DNA of 64,000 nt from the human T2T-CHM13v2.0 reference genome, Homo sapiens. Position 1 is the stretch's first letter. The number at the start of each line of letters is the position of its first letter. The notes under the pieces were generated by a model that worked only from the letters and a program-made list of their open reading frames with translations, ran no database searches and was not told the origin of the DNA. Below, in pieces: positions 1 through 12,130 of this stretch. The stretch is taken from assembly GCF_009914755.1 (NCBI RefSeq), contig NC_060929.1; one strand, written 5' to 3'. A program made the position numbers and the translations under genes.

Positions 1-1120
1 CTACCATTCTGGGGTCTGGAGAACAGTGGTCCGCTTCTCACAGCTCCACCAGGCACTGCCCCAATGGGACTCTGTGTGGGAGCCCCAATCCCATATTTTT
101 CTCTGCATTTCTCTAGCAGAGGTTCTCCATGACTCCATCACTGCAGCAGACTTCTGCCTGGGCTTTCAGGAGTTTCCATACATCCTCTGAGATCTAGGTG
201 GAGGCTCCCAAACTGAACTCTTATCTTCTGCGCACCTGCAGACCCAACACCACATGGAAGCTGCCAAAGCTTGGGGCTTGCATCCTCTGAAGCAACAGGC
301 TGAGGGGCCTATACGTTGGCCCCTTTTAGTCATGGCTGAAGCTGGAGTGGCAGGGATGCAGCGTGCCATGTCCTGAGACTGCACAGAACAGCAGGGCCCT
401 GGGCTTGGCCCACAAAACCATTTTTCCCTCCTAGGTCCCTGAGCCTGTGATGGGAGGGGTTGCTGTGAAGATCTCTGACATGCTCTGGAGACATTTTCTA
501 CATTGTCTTGGCTATTAACGTTCTGCTCCGCATTACTTATGCAAATTTCTGCAGCCAGCTTGAATTTCTCCCCAGAAAATGGGTTTTTATTTTCTACCAC
601 ATGGTCAGTCTGCAAATTTTCCAAATTTTACACTCTGCTTCCCTTTTAAACATAAGTTCCAATTTAATACCATCTCTTCATGAACACATAGGACTGTATG
701 CTTCCAGAAAAGGCCAGGTCACATCTCAAAGGCTTTGCTGTTTAGAAATTTCTTCTGCTAGATACCCTAAATATTCTCTCTCAATTTAAAAGTTTCTACA
801 GATCTCTAGGGCAGGGGCAAAATGCCACCAGTCTCTTTGCTAAAGCATAGCAAGAGTGACCTTTACTCCAGTTCCCAATAAATTCCTCCTCTCCATCTGA
901 GACCATCTCAGCCTGGACTTCATTGTCCATTATCACTATCAGCATTTTGGTCAAAACTATTCAAAAAGTCTCTAAGAAGTTCCAAACTTTCCCACATCTT
1001 CCTGTCTTCTTCTGAGCCCTCCAACCATTCCAACTTCTGCCTGTTAGCCAGTTCCAAAGTCACTTCCACATTTTTAGGTATCATTATAGCAGTGCCCCCA
1101 AACTCCCAGTACCAATTTTC
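1..1120 (-). mobile_element. MaLR (THE1/MSTA-type) internal region, running off the left edge
   Basis: Minus strand begins gaaaattggtactgggagt... directly after the LTR. The translation EVTLELANRQKLEWLEGSEEDRKMWESLEL (ORF 920-1147) is typical of THE1/MST internal sequence. Confidence 0.9.
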
Positions 1121-1496
1121 TGTTTTCATACTGCTGTCTGTTTTCATACTGCTATAAAGAGTGACCTGAGACTGGGTAATTTATAAAAGAAAGAGGTTTA
1201 ATTGACTCATATTTCTTCATGGTTAGGGATGCCTCAGGAAACATCATCATGGTGGAAGGTGAAGGAGAAGCAAGGCACATCTTACATGGCACCAGCAGGG
1301 AGAGAGAGGGTGAGGCAGAAACTGTCAAATACTTTTAAACCATCAGATCTCATGAGAACTCACTTGCTATCATGAGAACAGCATGAGAGAAACTGCCCGC
1401 ATGATCCAATAACCTCCTACCGGATTCCTCCCTCAACGTGTGGGGATTACAATTCAAGATGACATTTAGGTGGGGACATAGAGTCAAATCATATCA
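1121..1496 (-). mobile_element. MaLR 5' LTR (THE1D/MSTA-like)
   Basis: Reverse complement starts tgatatgatttgactctatgtccccacctaaat and contains the gagactgggtaatttataaaagaaagaggtttaattgactca core. Confidence 0.9.
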
Positions 1497-1766
1497 GACC
1501 TTCTTCCACTCTCTTCTATTCAGCTTGCCAAAATTTGCCACGCTATTCAATTCTAACAGGGTTTGTTTTGAAAAACTGATTAAACAATTAATTTAAATAC
1601 TAATTATGAACACCCATTCTATAACTTCTGAGTATTAATATAACTAGAAAAAGATTGCTTTACATTCAAGGCATACTCAAGAATGTTAGGGGATTTATTT
1701 AGTACACTGATGATTTCTGATTTTCTCACATTCAGGAAATAACTTTAAAAGATACCTGAAGATTGA

Positions 1767-1870
1767 TGAGAGAGAGGGATAGAGAGAGAAGGAGAAAGAG
1801 AGTGAGAATGAGATATATATATATATCATAAATATATATTTCCTCTTCCTCTTCCTTCTTTTTCTTCTTT
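1767..1870. repeat. (GA)n/(TA)n/(CTT)n low-complexity microsatellite
   Basis: Visible directly in the sequence. Confidence 0.8.
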
Positions 1871-3221
1871 GTTGAGAATTGACTTCCTCGGGATATTTTT
1901 GTTTCCCAAAGGTGCTATTCACTTTCAAAGTCACACCTGACTGTAGTGACAGAATGTCTATCTGATTTAATTCACAGGGCACCAGAAAGAACTTGGAGAT
2001 TAGCTGCCCCAGGATGCAGGTGCCTCTCTGGAGAAATGGAAATTCTCCTTGAGTTGATGTGTTCTTAGTCTCCTCTTGGTGTCTGAGCAGTGTGGATGGT
2101 GTGAAGCATCAAGGGAGCCATGGTTTACTGCCTTGCATGACACTTTTACAAATGGTGACTATTCTCACGCCCCCTCTCACCCCCACACATGCAACAACAG
2201 GACCTCATAGGCCAGCACCTCTTCATCACCTGAAGCCAAATAAATTATTCAGCACAGTTTGTACAACATGAATATTCATTGCATTTTGCACAGTCTTGTG
2301 TGGAAAATAACATAAAAATCTGTAAACCAAATAGAGTTTGGATCATGGAGTATCCTTGAAGCACATATTAAATGAATCGAACATAAATGTTAAAAACCAT
2401 TAATGCTACCCCCTATTCAGCCAGATCTTGAAGATGAAGAAAAAATATATCTTAAAGTGGAGCCACCATATTTAGCTAGGGAGTCAAAAGCATACAATGA
2501 TTATTTTGATGAAAGAGATGTATTGCATGAGAAGACGGAAAGATGTATTTATTATAGAAACAAACTTTAGAGCATAAAAAAAAGGCTTTTTTCCTTTTTT
2601 TTTTTCTCAAACTCCATTAAAACACAACTATTTTCCCTGTTTATTACTGTGGCTCATACTACTTAACTTGAGATTAATAAATAGCTCCTCTACATTGAGC
2701 ACTTGCAAATTTGCCAGGTAATAAGTTCAGCACTTTATAAATGTCATATTTCAAATCCTGGAAGTAATTTTTACTTTGAGCAGTACAAATGTAGCCTAAG
2801 TATGACTCCTCCATGGGAAGCAGTCGCTATTAATATCACTTTTCCAATCTGGAAGCAGGATTTAGTTCTTCTCTCTGTTCCCCAAAGAAAACCCATTCTA
2901 TTAGAATGTTTCATGTGAGCTTAAGACGAATGTGTATTCAGATGTTGTTATAAGAAACAGTCTGTAGAAATCAATTATATCCAGTTGATTGAATAACGCT
3001 GCTGAATTCAACTATATTTTTACTGATTCTTGCCTGCTTGATGGGTCCATTTATCATAGAAGGGTATTGAAATCTCCAACTATAATAGTGTGAATTTGTC
3101 TTTTTCTCCTTGTAGTTCTATCAGTTTTGCCTCATCTATTTTGATACTCTGTTTTTAGGTTGCATGCATGTTAATAATTGTTGTGTCTTCCTAGAGATTT
3201 GATCCCTTTATCATTATGTAG

Positions 3222-3491
<270 letters not shown>

Positions 3492-3793
3492 ATGTAGTGC
3501 CTTCTCTTTATCTCAAGTAACTTCCTTTGCTCTGAAGTCTGATCTGTCTGAAATTAATACTGCTACTCCTGCTTTCTTTTGATTATTTTTAGCTGATATA
3601 TCTTTCTCCAGGAATTTACTTTCAGCCTATATCTATATCTCACTACCTATCAATCTATATCTGGGTATAGATTGATAGATCTTTATATTCAAAGTGGGTT
3701 TCTTATAAACAACACATAATTGAGTCTTATTTTTTGAACCACTCTGACAATGTCTGTTTTTCAACTAGTACATTTCAATTGGTACATTTAAAC

Positions 3794-4021
3794 CAGGGGT
3801 GTCCAATGTTTTAGCTTCCCTGGGCCACACTGGAAAAAGAAGAATTATCTAAGGCCACACATAAAATATACTAACATTAATGATAGCTGATAAGCTAAAA
3901 GAAAAAAATTCGCAAAAAAATCTCATAATGTTTTAAGAAAGTTTACGAGTTTTGTGTTAGGCTGCATTCAAAGCCATCCTGGGCCTCATGCAGCCCATGG
4001 GCCATGGGTTGGACAAGCTTG
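3794..4021 (+). mobile_element. MER30 hAT-Charlie DNA transposon (MITE)
   Basis: caggggtgtccaa ... ttggacaagcttg termini with a perfect 8-bp TSD atttaaac (3786-3793, 4022-4029). Confidence 0.92.
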
Positions 4022-5600
4022 ATTTAAACCATTGATATTCAAATGTTGGTATCATTGGATTAAGAAATATCATATTTGTTACTGTTTTTTATTTGTTGCT
4101 CTTGTTCCTTGTTCTTATTTTTGTCTTCCACTCTTTGTATGCCTTACACGGTTTAACTTGAGCATTTTATGTTATTTCATTTTCATTCCTATTTTAGTAT
4201 TTTAGTTATAATTCTTTTAAAAATTTTTTAGTTGTTGTCCTAGCATTTGCCATATACATTTACAACTAATGCAAGTCTACTTTCAAATAACACTATGCCT
4301 CTTCACAGATAGTGCAAAATAATATCATAGCAAAATAATACTAATTCCAATCTATCATCCCTTGTATCATTGTTGTCACTTATTTCGTTTGCATATCACT
4401 CATTTTCCTTCTCTCTGAGGAACTTATTTTACAATTTATTGCAAGGGAGGTCTACTGGTAATAAATTACCTTAGTTTTTGATTGTCTTAAGGAAGTCTGT
4501 GTTTCTTCTTTATTTTTTAAGGATAATTTCATCAGGTACAGATTTCTACATTTTTTTTTCTATCAACACTTAAATAATTCATTCCACTTTCTTCTTGCTT
4601 CCACGGTTTCTGCAAAGTCAGATATAAGTCTTATCTTTGCTCTTATGTAGGCAAAGTGGCATTTCCCTCTGGCTCTTTGCAAGATTTTTTCCTTATCTTG
4701 GATTTTCTGTAGTTAGAAAATATGTGTAGGTGTAGATTTTTGGCATTTATATTGCTTGGTGTTCTTTGAGCTTCCTGGATCTGTGACTTGGTATCTAAAG
4801 TTAATTTGGGGAAATTTTCAGTCCTCACTGTTTCATTTATTTCTTTTGTTTCTTTTCCCCTTTCTTCTGCTATTTGCATTAGACATATGTTACACCTTTT
4901 GTAGCTGTCCCCAAGTTTTGAAATATTCTGTTCTGGCTTTTTTTCAGTCTTTGTTCTATTTGCTTTTCAGCTTTATAGGTTTGTATTGACATCTTTCAAG
5001 CTCATAATTAGCTGATTAATAAGACCCTTAAAATTATTCTTTATTTCTGTTACAATGCTTTTGATATCTAGCATTACTTTTTAGTTCTTCCCTAATGTTT
5101 CCATCCCTCTGCTTACATGGCCCATCTGTTCTTGCATGTTGCCTACATTATTTTAGTGTCCTTACCATATTAATCACATATGTTTTTAAATTGCGGGTCT
5201 AATCATTCCAAAATCCTTGCCATGTTCTGATGTTTGTTCTGTCTTCAAATTCTGTTTATTGCCATTTATTATTTGTTCTGTAACATTTTCTTGATAGCCA
5301 AAAATAACGTACTTGGTACAAGAAGCTGCTATAAATAGGTCTTTAGTAATGGGGTGATAAAGAGTAAAGAGAAAGGAACCATTCTATGGTCCTGTGTTTA
5401 AGTCTCAGTCTTTTAGTGAGCTTATACCTCTGGACTGTGAATTCATAGGTGCTTTTCAGTTTTTATTTTCTCTAATAGGTGGTACAGAAAGCCAAGAAGG
5501 TCCAGGATTTGGGTATTTTCCTGCCTCCAGGTTATTTAGGCTCTGTGAATAACCTAGCAGAATAGGCTCTGGTTAACTTGTTTCTCCTGAGGACAGATGC

Positions 5601-5905
<305 letters not shown>

Positions 5906-6185
5906 GGTCTGGCATATATTTAAATGGTTTCTTTTCCTCTTCCCTTGCCATAGCACAAAGGGATTTTTCTTCAGCGTTTATAATGGGAATCTTTTTGAGT
6001 TCCTGGAGGTAAATCTCAAAGTACTGTGGGGTCCCTCCCCCATGACTGGGGCACGGAAATTTCAACCCTCAAAATTGCCCACACCAAGCCTCTATTCATC
6101 AATCACACTTCATATTTTCCTACTCTGCATTGGTTCTTGCACCAATTTCTTTGCTTGTTTTCTTTTCTTTCTTTGTTTCTTCCTC

Positions 6186-6371
6186 TTTTTTTTTTTTTTT
6201 TGAGGCAAATTATCACCCTGTCACCCAGGCTGAAGTGCAGTGTTGTGATCATAGCTCACTGCAGCCTTGAACTCCTGAGCTCAAGTTGACTTCCAAAGTG
6301 GTTCACGTCTAAACTTCTAAAGGAATTCTGAAGGAATTTAGAATTTTAGAGGTGAACCACTGGACCCAGCC
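6186..6371 (-). mobile_element. FLAM/AluJ monomer with an internal insertion
   Basis: Poly-T, then tcacccaggctgaagtgcag...ctcactgcagccttgaactcctgagctcaag...gaaccactggacccagcc. Confidence 0.8.
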
Positions 6372-7774
6372 TTCTGCTGTGATTCCTGATCATGATTCTC
6401 CCCTCCAGTAAGCTGTGACTCTCTGTATGCGGTTGCCTCTCTCTCCAGTCTTGGGGGAGGTGATGTGCCCTGCACTCCCCACTCTCTTACAGATTCAAGT
6501 AGAGTTGTTGATTTTCCAGTCTGTTCAGCATTCTATTTGTTAGGATGGAGTGAAGGGCTTCTAAGCTCTTTATATGCAGAATTGGAAACTGGAAGTTCCT
6601 CTGTGTATTTTTAAAAATTATATTTGATTCTGATGCGAGGCATACACAGCAGTTATTCAATACATGCGTTTCTGTATAAATGCTAACACAAAACTCCATT
6701 GCCATGTTCAGCTTTATACATGAAAAGGGGACAAGAACTTTGCTAGGCCTTAGCAGATGTCTCAAGACAAGGCTAATGTGCCAAGTCATTCCTGGAGCTG
6801 AGATGTTAGATTTTCTGTTGAGGCTGAAATGAAGAAGACGATGATAGTCCCAGGCAGTATGCAGAATCAAACTCTTCAACCATAGAATTTTAACTCCTCT
6901 GTGACAAGCTAGAGTGATTAAACATCTTTTAAAAAGTATCCTTAGGAAGACTTTTTCCAGTAGCATATTAATTATCAAAGTAGATGATATATCCTTTTGT
7001 TGACTCAGTTTATATTCAGTGTTAGAACTTGCAGTTTAGTCATTTGAACATAAAGAGTTAACTAACATAGCAATGTAAGACCACATGACCTAGAATTGCC
7101 ATGATTTTAAAAAGAGCACTTTAGCATAAATTGTTGCTTGGGATACCATATGCTCTCAGCAGCCAGCATGCACACAAAGTAAAGAGAAAATTATGAATAA
7201 TGTGACAGGTTGGAGGCAAAAGATAATGATCTTCTTCCCTTAAATTCATAGTTTCAAAGTATGGCAGCATCATTTCTTGATTTGTTCTTTCAAATTCTCA
7301 AAAAAGCAAAGTAACCCATGCACAAATGTATGATTAAAAAATGTATCTATGCCCAATATGGGTTGTACTCTGATTATTTTGTTGTTGTTGTTCTGTCTCT
7401 TTTCTAGTGTGGGCAAATATAAAGAAAACTCAACCAGTATTCACTGGTTTTCCAGAAAGAAATGGATATAGATAGAATAATTTCAAAGAAACTAGGCAGA
7501 AATGAACAAAGTGCTGTTTCATTTCCACATTTAAGAAGGTATATACTGTTTGCAAAATCCTAAATTCAAAGAACAAAATTGAGTTGGTTGTTGTTTACCA
7601 AAGATAACAATCGTTAGCTGTGTAATCAGGTAAAATCCACTTTGCTTTGCTAGACTTGCATCAAGTAATGATTTTAACATTGACTTATTATTTGGTGGCC
7701 TTATTACACAGCCTTATTACATGGTGATCATTTCTCCATTAAAAGCTAATAATTCCATATATAGAAATAGTATT

Positions 7775-8047
7775 GGCTGGGTGCAGTGGATCACGCCTAT
7801 AATCCCAACACTTTGTGGGGCTGAGTTGGGAGGATGGCTTGAGGCCTAGAGTTGGAGACCAGTTTGGACAACATAAAGAGACCTCGTTTCTACACACACA
7901 CAAAATAAGAAAATTAGCTGGACATGTTGATGTAAACCTGTTGTCCCAGCTACTTGGATGGCTGAGATGGAACATAACTTGAGCCCAGGAGTTTGAAGTT
8001 ACAGCGAGCTATGATTATGCTACCACACTCTGCACTCCAAACTGGGC
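7775..8047 (+). mobile_element. AluJ lacking its 3' end and A-tail
   Basis: Diverged Alu dimer ending at ...ctccaaactgggc and joined directly to L1. Confidence 0.9.
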
Positions 8048-9384
8048 TAAAGGGGGTTGAGTTCTTGATTTGATTCTCAGCTTGGTCATTGTTGGTGTAT
8101 AGCAGTGATACTAATTTGTGAATTTGTGTTCATTGATTTTGTATCCTGAGACTTTACTGAATTCATTTATCAGGTCTAGGAGATATTTTGGATTAGTCTT
8201 TAAGGCTTTCTAGGTTCACAATCACATCCTTGATGAACAGTGACAATTAGAGTTTCTCTTTTCCAATTTGGGTGACCTTTGTTTCTTTCTCATGTCTGAT
8301 TGCTCTGGCTGGAACTTCTAATACTATGCTGAGTAGAAGTAGTGAAAATGGGCATCCTTGTCTTGTTCCAGTTCTCAGGGAGAATGTTTTCAACTTTTCC
8401 CCATTCAGTATGATGTTGGCTCTGGGTTTGTCATAGATGGCTTTTATTACTTTGAGGTAAGTTCCTTCTATGCCTGTTTTGTTGAAGGTTTTAATCATAA
8501 AGGAATGCTGGATTTCTTCAAGTGCTTTTTCTGCATCTACTGAGATAATCATACAGTTTTCTTTTTTAATTCTGTTTATGTCATGTATCACATTTTTTGA
8601 TCTGGGTATGTTAAATCATCTCTGCATCCCTGGTATGAAACCCATTTGAACAAGATGTATAATCTCTCTGATATGCTTTTGGAGCCACTTAGCTAGTATT
8701 TTGTTGAGAATTTTTATGTCTATGTTCATCAGGGATATTGGTCTGTAGTGTTCTCTTTTTTTATCCTTTCCTGGTTTTGATATTAGGGTGATACTGGCTT
8801 CATAGAATGATTTAGTAAAGATTCCCTCTTTCTCTATCTTTTGGAATAGTTTCAGTAGAATTGGTACCAATTCTTTAAAGGCGTGGTAGAATTCATCTGT
8901 GAATCTGTCTAATTCTGAATTTTTCTGTTGGCGATTTTTTTTAAATTACCGATTCAATCTCATTGCTTGTTATTGATCTGTTCAGGGTTTCTATTTCTTC
9001 CTGATTTAATCTAGGAGGGTTGCATATTTCCTGGAATTTATCCATTTCCTCTAGATTTTCTAGTTTGTGCATTAAAGGTGTTCTAGTAGCCTAAATTAGG
9101 TTTGTGTTTCTGTGGTATTGTTTGTCATATTTCCGGTTTCATTTCTAATTGAGTTTATTTGGGTCTTTTCCCTTCTTTTCTTGGCTAATCCCACTAATGA
9201 TTATCAATTTTGTTTCTTTTCAGAAAAACAGCTTTTTAATGTTTATCTTTTCTACTTTTTGGTTGTTGTTTATTTGTTATTTCTTTTATTCTCCTGGGTT
9301 TGGGTTTAGTTTTTTCTTGTTTCTCTAGTACCATGAGGTATGAAACTAGGTTGCCTAACTAGGTTGTCAAAAAATCCTTCAGTC

Positions 9385-9652
9385 TTTTTTTTTTTTTTTT
9401 TTTTTGAGACAGAGTCTTGCTCTGTCACCCAGGCTGGAGTGCAGTGGCGCAATCTCAGATCACTGCAACCTCCACCTCCTGGGTTCAAGCAATTTCCTGC
9501 CTCAGCCTCCTGAGTAGTTAGGATTACAGGTGCCCACAACCATGCCTGGCTAATTTTTGTATTTTTAGTAGAGACGGGGTTTCACCATCTTGGCCAGGCT
9601 GGTCTTGAACTCCTGACCTCATGATCCACCCACCTCAGCTTCCCAAAGTGCT
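9385..9652 (-). mobile_element. AluS, 5'-truncated, inserted in L1 ORF2
   Basis: Poly-T followed by Alu body. TSD-like tcag(t/a)cttttt on both sides. Confidence 0.93.
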
Positions 9653-10707
9653 CAGACTTTTTGATGTAGGCATTTAATGCTATGAACTTTCCTCTTATCA
9701 CCACTTTTGCTGTATCCCAGAGGTTTTCATCAGTTGTGTCACTGTTATTCATTTCAAAGAATTTTTAATTTCCATTTTCATTTTGTTGTTAACCCCAAAA
9801 TCACTCAAGAGTATGTCATTTAATTTCCATGTATTTGTATACTTTTGAGAGTTTCTTTTGGAGTGGATTTCTAGTTTTATTCCACTGTGGTCTGAGAAGA
9901 TACTTGGTATGATTCCAATTTTCTTAAATTTATCAAGACTTGTTTGGTGGCATATCATATGGAATCTTGGAGAATTTACCATGTGTTGAAGAGAAGAATA
10001 TATATTCCGTCATAATGAAGCAGAATTTTCTGTAAATATCTGTTAAGTCCATTTGTTCTAGGGTATAGGTTACGTCCATTATTTCTTTGTTGACTTTCTG
10101 TCTTGATGATCTGTCTATTGCTGTCAGTGGAGTATTGAGGTTCCCCACTACTATTGGGTTGCATCTATCTAATTTCTTAGGTCTAGTTGTAATTGTTTTA
10201 TAAATCTGGAACTCCAATGTTAGGTGCATATAAATTTAGCATTGTAATATCTTCCTATTGGACTAATCTTTTATCATTATATAATATCCTTCTTTGTCTT
10301 TTTTCTTTTACAGTTGTTGCTTTAAGGTCTGTTTTGTCTGGTATAAGAATAGGTACTCTGGTCTTGTTTAGTTTCCATTTGCGTGGAATATCTTTTTTCC
10401 ACTCCTTTACCTTAAGTTTATGTGAGTTATTATGTGCTAGGTGAGTCTCTTGAAGACACAGGAGATACTTGGTTGGTGGCTTTTAATCCATTCTGCCATT
10501 CTACATCATTTAAGTGGAAATTTAGGCCACTAACATTCAACATTTATATTGAGATGTGAGGTACTGTTCTATTCATCATGGTAGTGTTACCTAGATACTT
10601 TTTTACATTGTGGTATTATTTTATAGGTCCTGTGAGATTTATGCTTTGAAGAGGTTCTATTTTGGTGCATATTAAGCTCTTGTTTCCAGATAGAACTCTT
10701 TTTGGCC

Positions 10708-10709
10708 TT

Positions 10710-10752
<43 letters not shown>

Positions 10753-12130
10753 TTATACTTTAAGTTCTGGGATACATGTGCAGAACGTGCAGGCTTGTTA
10801 CATAGGTATACACGTGCCATGGTGGTTTGCTGCGCCCATCAACCCATCATCTACATTAGGTATTTCTCCTGATTCTATCCCTCCCCTAGCCCCTCACCCC
10901 CCAACAGGCCCCAGTGTGTGATGTTCCCCTCCCTGTGTCTATGTGTTCTCATTGTTCAACTCCCACTTATGAATGAGAACATGTGGTGTTCGGTTTTCTG
11001 TTCCTGTGTTAGTTTGCTGAGAATGATGGTTTCCAGCTTCATCCATGTCCCTGCAAAGGACGTGGACTCTTCCTTTTTATGGCTGCATAGTATTCCATGG
11101 TGTATATATGCCACATTTTCTTTATCCAGTCTATCATTGATGGGCATTTGGGTTGGTTCCAAGTCTTTGCTATTGAGAATAGTGCTGCAATAAACATAAG
11201 TGTGCATGTGTTTTATAGTAGAATGATTTATAATCCTTTGGGTATATACTTAGTAATGGGATTGCTGGGTCAAATGGTATTTCTGGTTCTAGGTCCTTGA
11301 GCAATCGCCACACTGACTTCCACAATGGTTGAACTAATTTACACTTCCACCAACAGTGTAAAAGCATTCCTATTTCTCCATATCCTCTCCAGCATCTGTT
11401 GTTTCCTGACTTTTTAATGATTGCCATTCTAACTGGTGTGAGATGGTATCTAATTGTGGTTTTGATTAGCATTTCTCTAATGACTAGTGATGATGAGCTT
11501 TTTTTCATATGTTTGTTGGCTGCATAAATGTCTTCTTTTGAGACGTGTCTGTTGATATCCTTTGCCCACTGTTTGATGAAGTTTTTTGTTTTTTTTGTCT
11601 TGTAAATTTGTTTAAGTTCTTTGTAGATTCTGGATATCAGCCCTTTGTCAGATGGATAGATTACAAAAATTTTCTCCCATTTTGTAGGTTGCCTGTTCAC
11701 TCTGATGATAGTTTCTTTTGCTGTGCAGGAGCTCTTTAGTTTAATTAGATTCTATTTGTCAATTTGGGCTTCTTTGCCATTGCTTTTGGTGTTTTAGTTT
11801 TTTAGTTATGACGTCTTTGCCCATGCCATTGTCCGAGTGGTATTGCCTAGGTTTTCTTCTAGGATTGTTATTGTTTTAGGTCTTACGTTTAAGTCTTTAA
11901 CCCATCTTGAGTTAATTTTTATATAAGGTGTAAGGAAGGGGTCCAGTTTCAGTTTTCTGCATATGGCTAGCCAGTTTTCCCAGCACCATTTATTAAATGG
12001 GGAATCCTTTCCCCATTGCTTCTTTTTGTCAGGTTTGTCAAAGATCAGGTGGTTGTGGATGTGTGGCATTATTTCTGAGGCCTCTGTTTTGTTCCATTCT
12101 TCTATATACCTGTTTTGGTACCAGTACCAT
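10708..12130 (-). mobile_element. 5'-truncated L1PA (L1PA7-like) nested in the older L1
   Basis: (TTTA)n tail, L1PA 3' UTR (tactttaagttctgggatacatgtgcagaacgtgcagg) and ORF2 C-terminus ([17 protein letters not shown]). Confidence 0.92.

Noticed and set aside
166-1147. 152-aa and 75-aa ORFs as genes
   Set aside because: They lie within the MaLR internal region.
6487-6978. 163-aa minus-strand ORF
   Set aside because: Non-ATG start, partly overlaps an L1 5' region and has no recognisable domain.
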